Source: the human T2T-CHM13v2.0 reference genome, Homo sapiens
Reading direction: 5' to 3' (one strand)
Assembly (NCBI RefSeq): GCF_009914755.1
Contig: NC_060926.1
Length of the DNA stretch: 64,000 bases
Shown here: piece by piece, positions 24,772 to 37,586 of the stretch
Layout: each line of letters begins with the position of its first letter
Numbering within the stretch: the stretch's first letter is position 1
Position numbers and translations under genes: made by a program
The notes under the pieces: model-generated
The model's database searches: none
What the model saw: only the letters and a program-made list of their open reading frames with translations
Told to the model about the DNA's origin: nothing

Positions 24772-27689
24772 CATTCCCAGAAACATCTTTGTGATGTTTG
24801 CATTCAAGTCACAGAGTTGAACATTCCCTTTCATAGAGCAGGTTGGAAACACTCTTTTTGTAGTATCTGGATGTGGACATTTGGAGCGCTTTCAGGCCTA
24901 TGGTGAAAAAGGAAATATCTTCCCCTGAAAACAAGACAGAAGCATTCTCAGAATCTTATTTGTGATGTGCGCCCTCAACTAACAGTGTTGAAGCTTTCTT
25001 TTGATAGAGCAGTTTTGAAACACTCTTTTTGTAAAATCTGCAAGAGGATATTTGGATAGCTTTGAGGATTTCGTTGGAAACGGGATTGTCTTCATATAGA
25101 ATCTAGACAGAAGCATTCTCAGAAGCTTCATTGGGATGTTTCAATTGAAGTCACAGTGTTGAACAGTCCCTTTCATAGAGCAGGTTTGAAACACTCTTTT
25201 TGTAGTATCTGGAAGTGGACATTTGGAGCGCTCTCAGGACTACGGTGAAAAAGGAAATATCTTCCAATAAAAGCTAGATAGAAGCAATGTCAGAAACTTT
25301 TTCATGATGTATCTACTCAGCTAACAGAGTTGAACCTTTGTTTTGACAGAGCAGTTTTGAAACACTCTTTTTGTGGAATCTGCAAGTGGATATTTGTCTA
25401 GCTTTGAGGATTTCGTTGGAAACGGGATTACATATAAAAAGCAGACAGCAGCATTCCCAGAAACTTCTTTGTGATATTTGCATTCAAGTCACAGACTTGA
25501 ACATTCCCTTTCATAGAGTAGGTTTGAAACACTCTTTTTGTAGTATCTGGATGTGGACATTTGCAGCGCTTTCAGGCCTATGGTGAAAAAGGAAATATCT
25601 TCCCCTGAAAACTAGACAGAAGCATTCTCAGAAACTTATTTGTGATGTGCGCCCTCAACTAACAGTGTTGAAGCTTTCTTTTGATAGAGCAGTTTTGAAA
25701 CACTCTTTTTGTAAAATCTGCAAGAGGATATTTGGATAGCTTGGAGGATTTCGTTGGAAACGGGATTGTCTTCATATTAACCCTAGACAGTTGCATTCTC
25801 AGAAGCTTCATTGGGATGTTTCAATTGAAGTCACAGTGTTGAACAGTCCCTTTCATAGAGCAGGTTTGAAACACTCTTTTTGTAGCATCTGGAAGTGGAC
25901 ATTTGGAGCGTTCTCAGGACTACGGTGAAAAAGGAAATATCTTCCAATAAAAGCTACATAGAAGCAATGTCAGAAACTTTTTCATGATGTATCTACTCAG
26001 CTAAAAGAGTTGAACCTTTCTTTTGAGAGAGCAGTTTTGAAACACTATTTTTGTGGAATCTGCAAGTGGATATTTGTCTAGCTTTGAGGATTTCGTTGGA
26101 AACGGGATTACATATAAAAAGCAGACAGCAGCATTCCCAGAAAGTTCTTTTTGAAATTTGCATTCAAGTCACAGACATGAACATTCCCTTTCATAGAGCA
26201 GGTTTGAAACACTCTTTTTGTAGTATCTGGATGCGGACATTTGGAGCGCTTTCAGGCCTATGGTGAAAAAGGAAATATCTTCCCCTGAAAACAAGACAGA
26301 AGCATTCTCAGAATCTTATTTGTGATGTGCGCCCTCAACTAACAGTGTTGAAGCTTTCTTTTGATAGAGCAGTTTTGAAACACTCTTTTTGTAAAATCTG
26401 CAAGAGGATATTTGGATAGCTTTGAGGATTTCGTTGGAAACGGGATTGTCTTCATATAGAATCTAGACAGAAGCATTCTCAGAAGCTTCATTGGGATGTT
26501 TCAATTGAAGTCACAGTGTTGAACAGTCCCTTTCATAGAGCAGGTTTGAAACACTCTTTTTGTAGTATCTGGAAGTGGACATTTGGAGCGCTCTCAGGAC
26601 TACGGTGAAAAAGGAAATATCTTCCAATAAAAGCTAGATAGAAGCAATGTCAGAAACTTTTTCATGATGTATCTACTCAGCTAAGAGAGTTGAACCTTTC
26701 TTTTGAGAGAGCCTTTTTGAAACACTCTTTTTGTGGAATCTGCAAGTGGATATTTGTCTAGCTTTGAGGATTTCGTTGGAAACGGGATTACATATAAAAA
26801 GCAGACAGCAGCATTCCCAGAAACTTCTTTGTGATGTTTGCATTCAAGTCACAGAGTTGAACATTCCCTTTCATAGAGCAGGTTTGAAACACTCTTTTTG
26901 TAGTATCTGGATGTGGACATTTGGAGCGCTTTCAGGCCTATGGTGAAAAAGGAAATATCTTCCCCTGAAAACTAGACAGAAGCATTCTCAGAAACTTATT
27001 TGTGATGTGCGCCCTCAACTAACAGTGTTAAACCTTTCTTTTGATAGAGTAGTTTTGAAACACTCTTTGTAAAATCTGCAAGAGGATATTTGGATAGCTT
27101 TGAGGATTTCTTTGGAAACGGGATTGTCTTCATATAAAATCTAGACAAAAGCATTCTCAGAAGCTTCATTGGGATGTTTCAATTGAAGTCACAGTGTTGA
27201 ACAGTCCCTTTCATAGAGCATGTTTGAAACACTCTTTTTGTAGTATCTGGAAGTTGACATTTGGAGCTTTTTCAGGACTACGGTGAAAAAGGAAATATCT
27301 TCCAAATAAAGCTAGATAGAAGCAATGTCAGAAAATTTTTCATTATGTATCTACTCAGCTAACAGAATTTAACCTTTCTTTTGAGAGAGAAGTTTTGAAA
27401 CACTCTTTTTGTGGAATCTGCAAGTGGATATTTGTCTAGGTTTGAGGATTTCGTTGGAAACCGTATTACATATGAAAAGCAGACAGCAGCATTCCCAGAA
27501 ACTTCTTTGTCATGTTTGCATTCAAGTCACAGAGTTGAACATTCCCTTTCATAGAGCAGGTTTGAAACACTCTTTTTGTAGTATCTGGATGTGGACATTT
27601 GGAGCGCTTTCAGGCCTATGGTGAAAAAGGAAATATCTTCCCCTGAAAACTAGACAGAAGCATTCTCAGAAACTTATTTGTGATGTGCA

Positions 27690-30600
27690 CCCTCAACTAA
27701 CAGTGTTGAAGCTTTCTTTTGACAGAACAGTTTGAAACACTCTTTTTGTAAAATCTGCAAGAGGATATTTGGATTGCTTTGAGGATTTCGGAGGAAATGG
27801 GATTGTCTTCATATAAACTCTAGACAGTAGCATTCTCAGAAGCTTCATTGGGATGTTTCAATTGAAGTCACAGTGTTGAACAGTCCGTTTCATAGAGCAG
27901 GTTTGAAACACTCTTTTTGTAGTATCTGGAAGTGGACATTTGGAGCGCTCTCAGGACTACGGTGAAAAAGGAAATATCTTCCAATAAAAGCTAGATAGAA
28001 GCAATGTCAGAAACTTTTTCATGATTTATCTACTCAGCTAACAGAGTTGAACCTTTTTTTTGAGAGAGCAGTTTTGAAACACTCTTTTTGTTCGATCTGC
28101 AGGTGGATATTTGTCTAGGTTTGAGGATTTCGTTGGAAACGGGATTACATATAAAAAACAGACAGCAGCATTCCCAGAAACTTCTTTGTGATGTTTGCAT
28201 TCAAGTCACAGAGTTGAACATTCCCTTTCATAGAGCAGGTTTGAAACACTATTTTTGTAGTATCTGGATGTGGACATTTGGAGCGCTCCCAGGCCTCTGG
28301 TGAAAAAGGAAATATCTTCCCCTGCAAACTAGACAGAAGCATTCTCAGAAACTTATTTGGGATGTGCGCCCTCAACTAACAATGTTGAACCTTTCTGTTG
28401 ATAGAGTAGTTTTGAAACACTCTTTTTGTAAAATCTGCAAGAGGATATTTGGATAGCTTTGAGGATTTCGTTGGAAACGGGATTGTCTTCATATTAACCC
28501 TAGACAGTAGCATTCTCAGAAGGTTCATTGGGATGTTTCAATTGAAGTCACAGTGTTGAACAGTCACTTTCATAGAGCAGGATTGAAACACTCTTTTTGT
28601 AGCATCTGGAAGTGGACATTTGGAGCGCTCTCAGGACTACGGTGAAAAAGGAAATATCTTCCAATAAAAGCTAGATAGAAGCAATGTCAGAAACTTTTTC
28701 ATGATGTATCTACTCAGCTAAAAGAGTTGAACCTTTCTTTTGTGAGAGCAGTTTTGAAACACTATTTTTGTGGAATCTGCAAGTGGATATTTGTCTAGCT
28801 TTGAGGATTCCGTTGGAAACGGGATTACATAGAAAAAGCAGACAGCAGCATTCCCAGAAACTTCTTTGTGAAATTTGCATTCAAGTCACAGACTTGAACA
28901 TTCCCTTTCATAGAGCAGGTTTGAAACACTCTTTTTGTAGTATCTGGATGTGGACGTTTGGAGCGCTTTCAGGCCTATGGTGAAAAAGGAAATATCTTCC
29001 CCTGAAAACTAGACAGAAGCATTCTCAGAAACTTATTTGTGATGTGCGCCCTCAACTAACAGTGTTGAACCTTTCTTTTGATAGAGTAGTTTTGAAACAC
29101 TCTTTTTGTAAAATCTGCAAGAGGATATTTGGATAGCTTTGAGTATTTCGTTGGAAACGGGATTGTCTTCATATAAACTCTAGACAGTAGCATTCTGAGA
29201 AGCTTCATTGGGATGTTTCAATTGAAGTCACAGTGTTGAACAGTCCCTTTCATAGAGCAGGTTTGAAACACTCTTTTTGTAGCATCTGGAAGTGGACATT
29301 TGGAGCGCTCTCAGGACTACGGTGAAAAAGGAAATATCTTCCAATAAAAGTTAGATAGAAGCAATGTGAGAAACTTTTTCATGATGTATCTACTCAGCTA
29401 AAAGAGTTGAACCTTTCTTTTGAGAGAGCAGTTTTGAAACACTCTTTTTGTGGAATCTGCAAGTGGATATTTGTCTAGCTTTGAGGATTTCTTTGGAAAC
29501 GGGATTACATATAAAAAGCAGACAGCAGCATTCCCAGAAACTTCTTTGTGATGTTTGCATTCAAGTCACAGAGTTGAACATTCCCTTTCATAGAGCAGGT
29601 TTGAAACACTCTTTTTGTAGTATCTGGATGTGGACATTTGGAGCGCTCTCAGGCCTATGGTGAAAAAGGAAATATCTTCCTCTGAAAACTAGACAGAAGC
29701 ATTCTCAGAAACTTATTTGTGATGTGCACCCTCAACTAACAGTGTTGAAGCTTTCTTTTGACAGAGCAGTTTGAAACACTCTTTTTGTAAAATCTGCAAG
29801 AGGATATTTGGATTGCTTTGAGGATTTCGGAGGAAATGGGATTGTCTTCATATAAACTCTAGACAGTAGCATTCTCAGAAGCTTCATTGAGATGTTTCAA
29901 TTGAAGTCACAGTGTTGAACAGTCCGTTTCATAGAGCAGGTTTGAAACACTCTTTTTGTAGTATCTGGAAGTGGACATTTGGAGCGCTCTCAGGACTACG
30001 GTGAAAAAGGAAATATCTTCCAATAAAAGCTAGATAGAAGCAATGTCAGAAACTTTTTCATGATGTATCTACTCAGCTAACAGAGTTGAACCTTTTTTTT
30101 GAGAGAGCAGTTTTGAAACACTCTTTTTGTTCGATCTGCAGGTGGATATTTGTCTAGGTTTGAGGATTTCCTTGGAAACGGGATTACATATAAAAAACAG
30201 ACAGCAGCATTCCCAGAAACTTCTTTGTGATGTTTGCATTCAAGTCACAGAGTTGAACATTCCCTTTCATAGAGCAGGTTTGAAACACTATTTTTGTAGT
30301 ATCTGGATGTGGACATTTGGAGCGCTCTCAGGCCTATGGTGAAAAAGGAAATATCTTCCCCTGCAAACTAGACAGAAGCATTCTCAGAAACTTATTTGTG
30401 ATGTGGGCCCTCAACTAACAATGTTGAACCTTTCTGTTGATAGAGTAGTTTTGAAACACTCTTTTTGTAAAATCTGCAAGAGGATATTTGGATAGCTTTG
30501 AGGATTTCGTTGGAAACGGGATTGTCTTCATATTAACCCTAGACAGTAGCATTCTCAGAAGGTTCATTGGGATGTTTCAATTGAAGTCACAGTGTTGAAC

Positions 30601-31730
30601 AATCACTTTCATAGAGCAGGTTTGAAACACTCTTTTTGTAGCATCTGGAAGTGGACATTTGGAGCGCTCTCAGGACTACGGTGAAAAAGGAAATATCTTC
30701 CAATAAAAGCTAGATAGAAGCAATGTCAGAAACTTTTTCATGATGTATCTACTCAGCTAAAAGAGTTGAACCTTTCTTTTCTGAGAGCAGTTTTGAAACA
30801 CTATTTTTGTGGAATATGCAAGTGGATATTTGTCTAGCTTTGAGGATTCCGTTGGAAACGGGATTACATAGAAAAAGCAGACAGCAGCATTCCCAGAAAC
30901 TTCTTTGTGAAATTTGCATTCAAGTCACAGACTTGAACATTCCCTTTCATAGAGCAGGTTTGAAACACTCTTTTTGTAGTATCTGGATGTGGACGTTTGG
31001 AGCGCTTTCAGGCCTATGGTGAAAAAGGAAATATCTTCCCCTGAAAACTAGACAGAAGCATTCTCAGAAACTTATTTGTGATGTGCGCCCTCAACTAACA
31101 GTGTTGAACCTTTCTTTTGATAGAGTAGTTTTGAAACACTCTTTTTGTAAAATCTGCAAGAGGATATTTGGATAGCTTTGAGTATTTCGTTGGAAACGGG
31201 ATTGTCTTCATATAAACTCTAGACAGTAGCATTCTGAGAAGCTTCATTGGGATGTTTCAATTGAAGTCACAGTGTTGAACAGTCCCTTTCATAGAGCAGG
31301 TTTGAAACACTCTTTTTGTAGCATCTGGAAGTGGACAGTTGGAGCGCTCTCAGGACTACGGTGAAAAAGGAAATATCTTCCAATAAAAGCTAGATAGAAG
31401 CAATGTGAGAAACTTTTTCATGATGTATCTACTCAGCTAAAAGAGTTGAACCTTTCTTTTGAGAGAGCAGTTTTGAAACACTCTTTTTGTGGAATCTGCA
31501 AGTGGATATTTGTCTAGCTTTGAGGACTTCTTTGGAAACGGGATTACATATAAAAAGCAGACAGCAGCATTCCCAGAAACTTCTTTGTGATGTTTGCATT
31601 CAAGTCACAGAGTTGAACATTCCCTTTCATAGAGCAGGTTTGAAACACTCTTTTTGTAGTATCTGGATGTGGACATTTGGAGCGCTCTCAGGCCTATGGT
31701 GAAAAAGGAAATATCTTCCCCTGAAAACTA
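27690..31730 (+). repeat. Imperfect tandem duplication of 3 HORs, period 2039 bp (boundaries approximate)
   Basis: Related variants at 28088/30127, 28768/30807, 29448/31487; several SNVs differ between the copies. Confidence 0.75.
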
Positions 31731-34700
31731 GATAGAAGCATTCTGAGAAACTTATTTGTGATGTGCGCCCTCAACTAACAGTGTTGAACTTTTCTTTTGA
31801 TAGAGCAGTTTTGAAACACTCTTTTTGTAAAATCTGCAAGAGGATATTTGGATAGCTTTGAGGATTTCGTTGGAAACGGGATTGTCTTCATATAAAATCT
31901 AGACAGAAGCATTCTCAGAAGCTTCATTGGGATGTTTCAATTGAAGTCACAGTGTTGAACAGTCCCTTTCATAGAGCATGTTTGAAACAATCTTTTTGTA
32001 GTATCTGGAAGTGGACATTTGGAGCGCTCTCAGGACTACGGTGAAAAAGGAAATATCTTCCAAATAAAGCTAGATAGAAGCAATGTCAGAAAATTTTTCA
32101 TGATGTATCTATTCAGCTAACAGAGTTGAACCTTTCTTTTGACAGAGCAGTTTTGAAACACTCTTTTTGTGGAATCTGCAAGTGGATATTTGTCTAGCTT
32201 TGAGGATTTCGTTGGAAACGGGATTACATATAAAAAGCAGACAGCAGCATTCCCAGAAACTTCTTTGTGATATTTGCATTCAAGTCACAGAGTTGAACAT
32301 TCCCTTTCATAGAGCAGGTTTGAAACACTCTTTTTGTAGTATCTGCATGTGGACATTTGGAGCGCTTTCAGGCCTATGGTGAAAAAGGAAATATCTTCCC
32401 CTGAAAACTAGACAGAAGCATTCTCAGAAACTTATTTGTGATGTGCGCCCTCAACTAACAGTGTTGAAGCTTTCTTTTGATAGAGCAGTTTTGAAACACT
32501 CTTTTTGTAAAATCTGCAAGAGGATATTTGGATAGCTTTGAGGATTTCGTTGGAAACGGGATTGTCTTCATATACAATCTAGACAGAAGCATTCTCAGAA
32601 GCTTCATTGGGATGTTTCAATTAAAGTCACAGTGTTGAACAGTCCCTATCGTAGAGCAGGTTTGAAACACTCTTTTTGTAATATCTGGAAGTGGAGATTT
32701 GGAGCGCTCTCAGGACTACGGTGAAAAAGGAAATATATTCCAATAAAAGCTAGATAGAAGCAATGTCAGAAACTTTTTCATGATGTATCTACTCAGCTAA
32801 CAGAGTTGAACCTTTTTTTTGAGAGAGCAGTTTTGAAACACTCTTTTTGTTGGATCTGCAGGTGGATATTTGTCTAGCTTTGAGGATTTCGTTGGAAACG
32901 GGATTACATATAAAAAGCAGACAGCAGCATTCCCAGAAACTTCTTTGTGATATTTGCATTCAAGTCACAGACTTGAACATTCCCTTTCATAGAGCAGGTT
33001 TGAAACACTCTTTTTGTAGCATCTGGATGTGGACATTTGGAGCGCTTTCAGGCCTATGGTGAAAAAGGAAATATCTTCCCCTGAAAACTAGACAGAAGCA
33101 TTCTCAGAAACTTATTTGTGATGTGCGCCCTCAACTAACAGTGTTGAAGCTTTCTTTTGATAGAGCAGTTTTGAAACACTCTTTTTGTAAAATCTGCAAG
33201 AGGATATTTGGATAGCTTTGAGGATTTCGTTGGAAACGGGATTGTCTTCATATACAATCTAGACAGAAGCATTCTCAGAAGCTTCATTGGGATGTTTCAA
33301 TTGAAGTCACAGTGTTGAACAGTCCCTTTCGTAGAGCAGGTTGGAAACACTCTTTTTGTAATATCTGGAAGTGGACATTTGGAGCGTTCTCAGGACTATG
33401 GTGAAAAAGGAAATATCTTCCAATAAAAGCTAGATAGAAGCAATGTCAGAAACTTTTTCATGATGTATCTACTCAGCTAACAGAGTTGAACCTTTCTTTT
33501 GAGAGAGCCGTTTTGAAACACTCTTTTTGTGGAATCTGCAAGTGGATATTTGTCTAGCTTTGAGGATTTCGTTGGAAACGGGATTACATATAAAAAGCAG
33601 ACAGCAGCATTCCCAGAAACTTCTTTGTGATGTTTGCATTCAAGTCACAGAGTTGAACATTCCCTTTCATAGAGCAGGTTTGAAACACTCTTTTTGTAGT
33701 ATCTGGATGTGGACATTTGGAGCGCTTTCAGGCCTATGGTGAAAAAGGAAATATCTTCCCCTGAAAACTAGACAGAAGCATTCTCAGAAACTTATTTGTG
33801 ATGTGCGCCCTCAACTAACAGTGTTAAACCTTTCTTTTGATAGAGTAGTTTTGAAACACTCTTTGTAAAATCTGCAAGAGGATATTTTGATAGCTTTGAG
33901 GATTTCTTTGGAAACGGGATTGTCTTCATATAAAATCAAGACAAAAGCATTCTCAGAAGCTTCATTGGGATGTTTCAATTGAAGTCACAGTGTTGAACAG
34001 TCCCTTTCATAGAGCATGTTTGAAACACTCTTTTTGTAGTATCTGGAAGTTGACATTTGGAGCGTTTTCAGGACTACGGTGAAAAAGGAAATATCTTCCA
34101 AATAAAGCTAGATAGAAGCAATGTCAGAAAATTTTTCATGATGTATCTACTCAGCTAACAGAATTTAACCTTTCTTTTGAGAGAGCAGTTTTGAAACACT
34201 CTTTTTGTGGAATCTGCAAGTGGATATTTGTCTAGGTTTGAGGATTTCGTTGGAAACGGGATTGCATATAAAAAGCAGACAGCAGCATTCCCAGAAACTT
34301 CTTTGTGATGTTTGCATTCAAGTCACAGAGTTGAACATTCCCTTTCATAGAGCAGGTTTGAAACACTCTTTTTGTAGTATCTGGATGTGGACATTTGGAG
34401 CGCTTTCAGGCCTATGGTGAAAAAGGAAATATCTTCCCCTGAAAACTAGACAGAAGCATTCTCAGAAACTTATTTGTGATGTGCACCCTCAACTAACAGT
34501 GTTGAAGCTTTCTTTTGACAGAGCAGTTTGAAACACTCTTTTTGTAAAATCTCCAAGAGGATATTTGCATAGCTTTGAGGATTTCGGTGGAAATGGGATT
34601 GTCTTCATATAAACTCTAGACAGTAGCATTCTCAGAAGCTTCATTGGGATGTTTCAATTGAAGTCACAGTGTTGAACAGTCCCTTTCATAGAGCAGGTTT

Positions 34701-37586
34701 GAAACACTCTTTTTGTAGTATCTGGAAGTGGACATTTGGAGCGCTCTCAAGACTACGGTGAAAAAGGAAATATCTTCCAATAAAAGCTAGATAGAAGCAA
34801 TGTCAGAAACTTTTTCATGATGTATCTACTCAGCTAACAGAGTTGAACCTTTTTTTTGAGAGAGCAGTTTTGAAACACTCTTTTTGTTCGATCTGCAGGT
34901 GGATATTTGTCTAGGTTTGAGGATTTCGTTGGAAACGGGATTACATATAAAAAACAGACAGCAGCATTCCCAGAAACTTCTTTGTGATGTTTGCATTCAA
35001 GTCACAGAGTTGAACATTCCCTTTCGTAGAGCAGGTTTGAAACACTCTTTTTGTAGTATCTGGATGTGGACATTTGGAGCGCTCTCAGGCCTATGGTGAA
35101 AAAGGAAATATCTTCCCCTGGAAACTACACAGAAGCATTCTCAGAAACTTATTTGTGATGTGCGCCCTCAACTAACAATGTTGAACCTTTCTGTTGATAG
35201 AGTAGTTTTGAAACACTCTTCTTGTAAAATCTGCAAGAGGATATTTGGATAGCTTTGAGGATTTCGTTGGAAACGGGATTGTCTTCATATTAACCCTAGA
35301 CAGTAGCATTCTCAGAAGGTTCATTGGGATGTTTCAATTGAAGTCACAGTGTTGAACAGTCACTTTCATAGAGCAGGTTTGAAACACTCTTTTTGTAGCA
35401 TCTGGAAGTGGACATTTGGAGCGCTCTCAGGACTACGGTGAAAAAGGAAATATCTTCCAATAAAAGCTAGATAGAAGCAATGTCAGAAACTTTTTCATGA
35501 TGTATCTACTCAGCTAAAAGAGTTGAACCTTTCTTTTGTGAGAGCAGTCTTGAAACACTATTTTTGTGGAATCTGCAAGTGGATATTTGTCTAGCTTTGA
35601 GGATTTCGTTGGAAACGAGATTACATATAAAAAGCAGACAGCAGCATTCCCAGAAACTACTTTGTGAAATTTGCATTCAAGTCACAGACTTGAACATTCC
35701 CTTTCATAGAGCAGGTTTGAAACACTCTTTTTGTAGTATCTGGATGTGGACGTTTGGAGCGCTTTCAGGCCTACGGTGAAAAAGGAAATATCTTCCCCTG
35801 AAAACTATACAGAAGCATTCTCAGAAACTTATTTGTGATGTGCGCCCTCAACTAACAGTGTTGAAGCTTTCTTTTGATAGAGCAGTTTTGAAACACTCTT
35901 TTTGTAAAATCTGCAAGAGGATATTTGGATAGCTTTGAGGATTTCGTTGGAAACGGGATTGTCTTCATATAGAATCTAGACAGAAGCATTCTCAGAAGCT
36001 TCATTGGGATGTTTCAATTGAAGTCACAGTGTTGAACAGTCCCTTTCATAGAGCATGTTTGAAACACTCTTTTTGTAGTATCTGGAAGTGGACATTTGGA
36101 GCGTTCTCAGGACGACAGTGAAAAAGGAAATATCTTCCAACAAAAGCTAGATAGAAGAAATGTCAGAAAATTTTTCATGATGTATCTACTCAGCTAACAG
36201 AGTTGAACCTTTCTTTGGAGAGAGTAGTTTTGAAACACTCTTTTTGTGGAATCTGCAAGTGGATATTTGTCTAGTTTTGAGGATTGCGTTGGAAACGGTA
36301 TTACATATAAAAAGCAGAGAGCAGCATTCCCAGAAACTTCTTTGTGATATTTGCATTGAAGTCACAGACTTGAACATTCCGTTTCATAGAGCAGGTTTGA
36401 AACACTCTTTTTGTAGTATCTGGATGTGGACATTTGGAGCGCTTTCAGGCCTATGGTGAAAAAGGAAATATCTTCCCCTGAAAACTAGACAGAAGCATTC
36501 TCAGAAACTTATTTGTCATGTGCGCCCTCAACTAACAGTGTTGAACCTTTCTTTTGATAGAGCAGTTTTGATACACTCTTTTTGTAAAATCCGCAAGAGG
36601 ATATTTGGATAGCTTTGAGGATTACGTTGGAAACGGGATTGTCTTCATATAGAATCTAGACAGAATCATTCTCAGAAGCTTCATTGGGATGTTTCAATTG
36701 AAGTCACAGTGTTGAACAGTCCCTTTCATAGAGCAGATTTGAAACACTCTTTTTGTAGTATCTGGAAGTGGACATTTGGAGCGCTCTCAGGACTACAGTG
36801 AAAAAGGAAATATCTTCCAATAAAAGCTAGATAGAAGCAATGTCAGAAAATTTTTCATGATGTATCTACTCAGCTAACAGGGTTGAACCTTTCTTTTGAG
36901 AGAGCAGTTTTGAAACACTCTTTTTGTGGAATCTGCAAGTGGATATTTGTCTAGCTTTGAGGATTGCGTTGGAAACGGGATTACATATAAAAAGCAGACA
37001 GCAGCATTCCCAGAAACTTCTTTGTGATATTTGCATTCAAGTCACAGACTTGAACATTCCCTTCCATAGAGCGGGTTTGAAACACTCTTTTTGTAGTATC
37101 TGGATGTGGACATTTGGAGCGCTTTCAGGCCTATGGTGAAAAAGGAAATATCTTCCCCTGAAAACTAGACAGAAGCATTCTCAGAATCTTATTTGTGATG
37201 TGCGCCCTCAACTAACAGTGTTGAAGCTTTCTTTTGATAGAGCAGTTTTGAAACACTCTTTTTGTAAAATCTGCAAGAGGATATTTGGATACCTTTGAGG
37301 ATTTCGTTGGAAACGGGATTGTCTTCATATAAAATCTAGACAGAAGCATTCTCAGAAGCTTCATTGGGATGTTTCAATTGAAGTCACAGTGTTGAACAGT
37401 CCCTTTCATAGAGCACGTTTGAAACAATCTTTTTGTAGTATCTGGAAGTGGACATTTGGAGCGTTCTCAGGACTACGGTGAAAAAGGAAATATCTTCCAA
37501 ATAAAGCTAGATAGAAGCAATGTCAGAAAATTTTTCATGATGTATCTACTCAGCTAACAGAGTTGAACCTTTCTTTTGACAGAGCA

